A stretch of 64,000 bases of DNA from assembly GCA_963774265.1 (NCBI GenBank), contig CAVZDU010000006.1, positions 160,001 to 224,000 on the forward strand. The letters are read 5' to 3'. The notes below the pieces were generated by a model. It was not told the DNA's origin. It made no database searches and saw only the letters and a list, made by a program, of their open reading frames with translations. The position numbers were made by a program, and so were the translations under genes. This document shows, in pieces, positions 63,550-64,000 of the stretch; the stretch's first letter is position 1; the number at the start of each line of letters is the position of its first letter. The DNA comes from an uncultured Chloroflexia bacterium (lineage in GTDB: Bacteria; Chloroflexota; Anaerolineae; CG2-30-64-16).

Positions 63550-64000
63550 GTGGTTGACCAGTGCAAGTTCTGTGGGGCAGCGCTCCCCAACCCAGGCGTT
63601 CGCTTTTGTTCCTCCTGTGGACACGCGCTGGGGGCAGAGGACCTCACAATACCCATCGCCGCAGCCGGCCCACGCCTGATTGTCCAGGAACCCGGCCAGG
63701 CGAAGACGACAGTCGCGCTCGAGGGGCCATTGTGCGGCATTGGTCGCGACCCGGCCAACCAGGTGGTCGTGCACCATGACTCCGTTTCTCGGCTGCATGC
63801 CCAGATCGAGCAGCGGGGAGCCGACTACTGGGTTACGGACCTTGGCAGCATGAACGGCACCAGCGTCAACGGTCGCTGCCTGGAGCCCAACACGGCCGTG
63901 AAGCTCAAAGAAGGCGACATCATCCGCATCGGGGATCAGCACGGCAATTCGGTCTCACTGACCTTCAGCACCGAGCTGCCCGAGGCGCTCGGCCGCGAGA
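63550..64000 (+). CDS. Zinc ribbon plus FHA domain protein (partial)
   Basis: CKFCG...FCSSCG; IGRDPANQVV...VSRLHA...DLGSMNGTSVNG...GDIIRIG; open at the right edge, so absent from the ORF track. Confidence 0.9.
   Translation, partial: MVDQCKFCGAALPNPGVRFCSSCGHALGAEDLTIPIAAAGPRLIVQEPGQAKTTVALEGPLCGIGRDPANQVVVHHDSVSRLHAQIEQRGADYWVTDLGSMNGTSVNGRCLEPNTAVKLKEGDIIRIGDQHGNSVSLTFSTELPEALGRE

Overview
GC-rich bacterial chromosomal segment. Gene content and REP-like palindromes suggest Chloroflexota (Anaerolineae-like); this is an inference. About 50 genes or gene fragments are present. I recognised no rRNA, tRNA, CRISPR array, transposase, integrase or phage genes. Many genes are split by single-base indels, most simply explained by uncorrected long-read errors, so several features below are reconstructed across frameshifts. 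Main blocks: (i) AOR C-terminus, GH94 remnant, a triple-repeat protein and an ATP-grasp/C39 peptidase pair; (ii) a promoter-led operon of split-barrel flavin-binding protein, glycyl radical enzyme of unknown substrate and activase; (iii) two ABC systems, one with a cNMP-domain ATPase; (iv) a DUF2207/SPFH envelope-type operon; (v) a partly AT-richer DUF4386/DUF4389/DJ-1/MDR/SDR cassette; (vi) a STAND-TPR-LuxR regulator followed by a GT1 glycosyltransferase and a SnoaL protein; (vii) three Ser/Thr kinase-STAND-TPR genes sharing a near-identical 786-bp kinase module on divergent sensor bodies, interleaved with SnoaL and methyltransferase genes and followed by SARP-box-like repeats; (viii) acetate kinase, S9 peptidase, a P450 carrying an in-frame palindromic repeat, a membrane kinase and an FHA protein. 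The best candidates for an undescribed system are the homogenised kinase-STAND array (42.3-55.7 kb) and the glycyl radical enzyme operon (3.3-7.5 kb).
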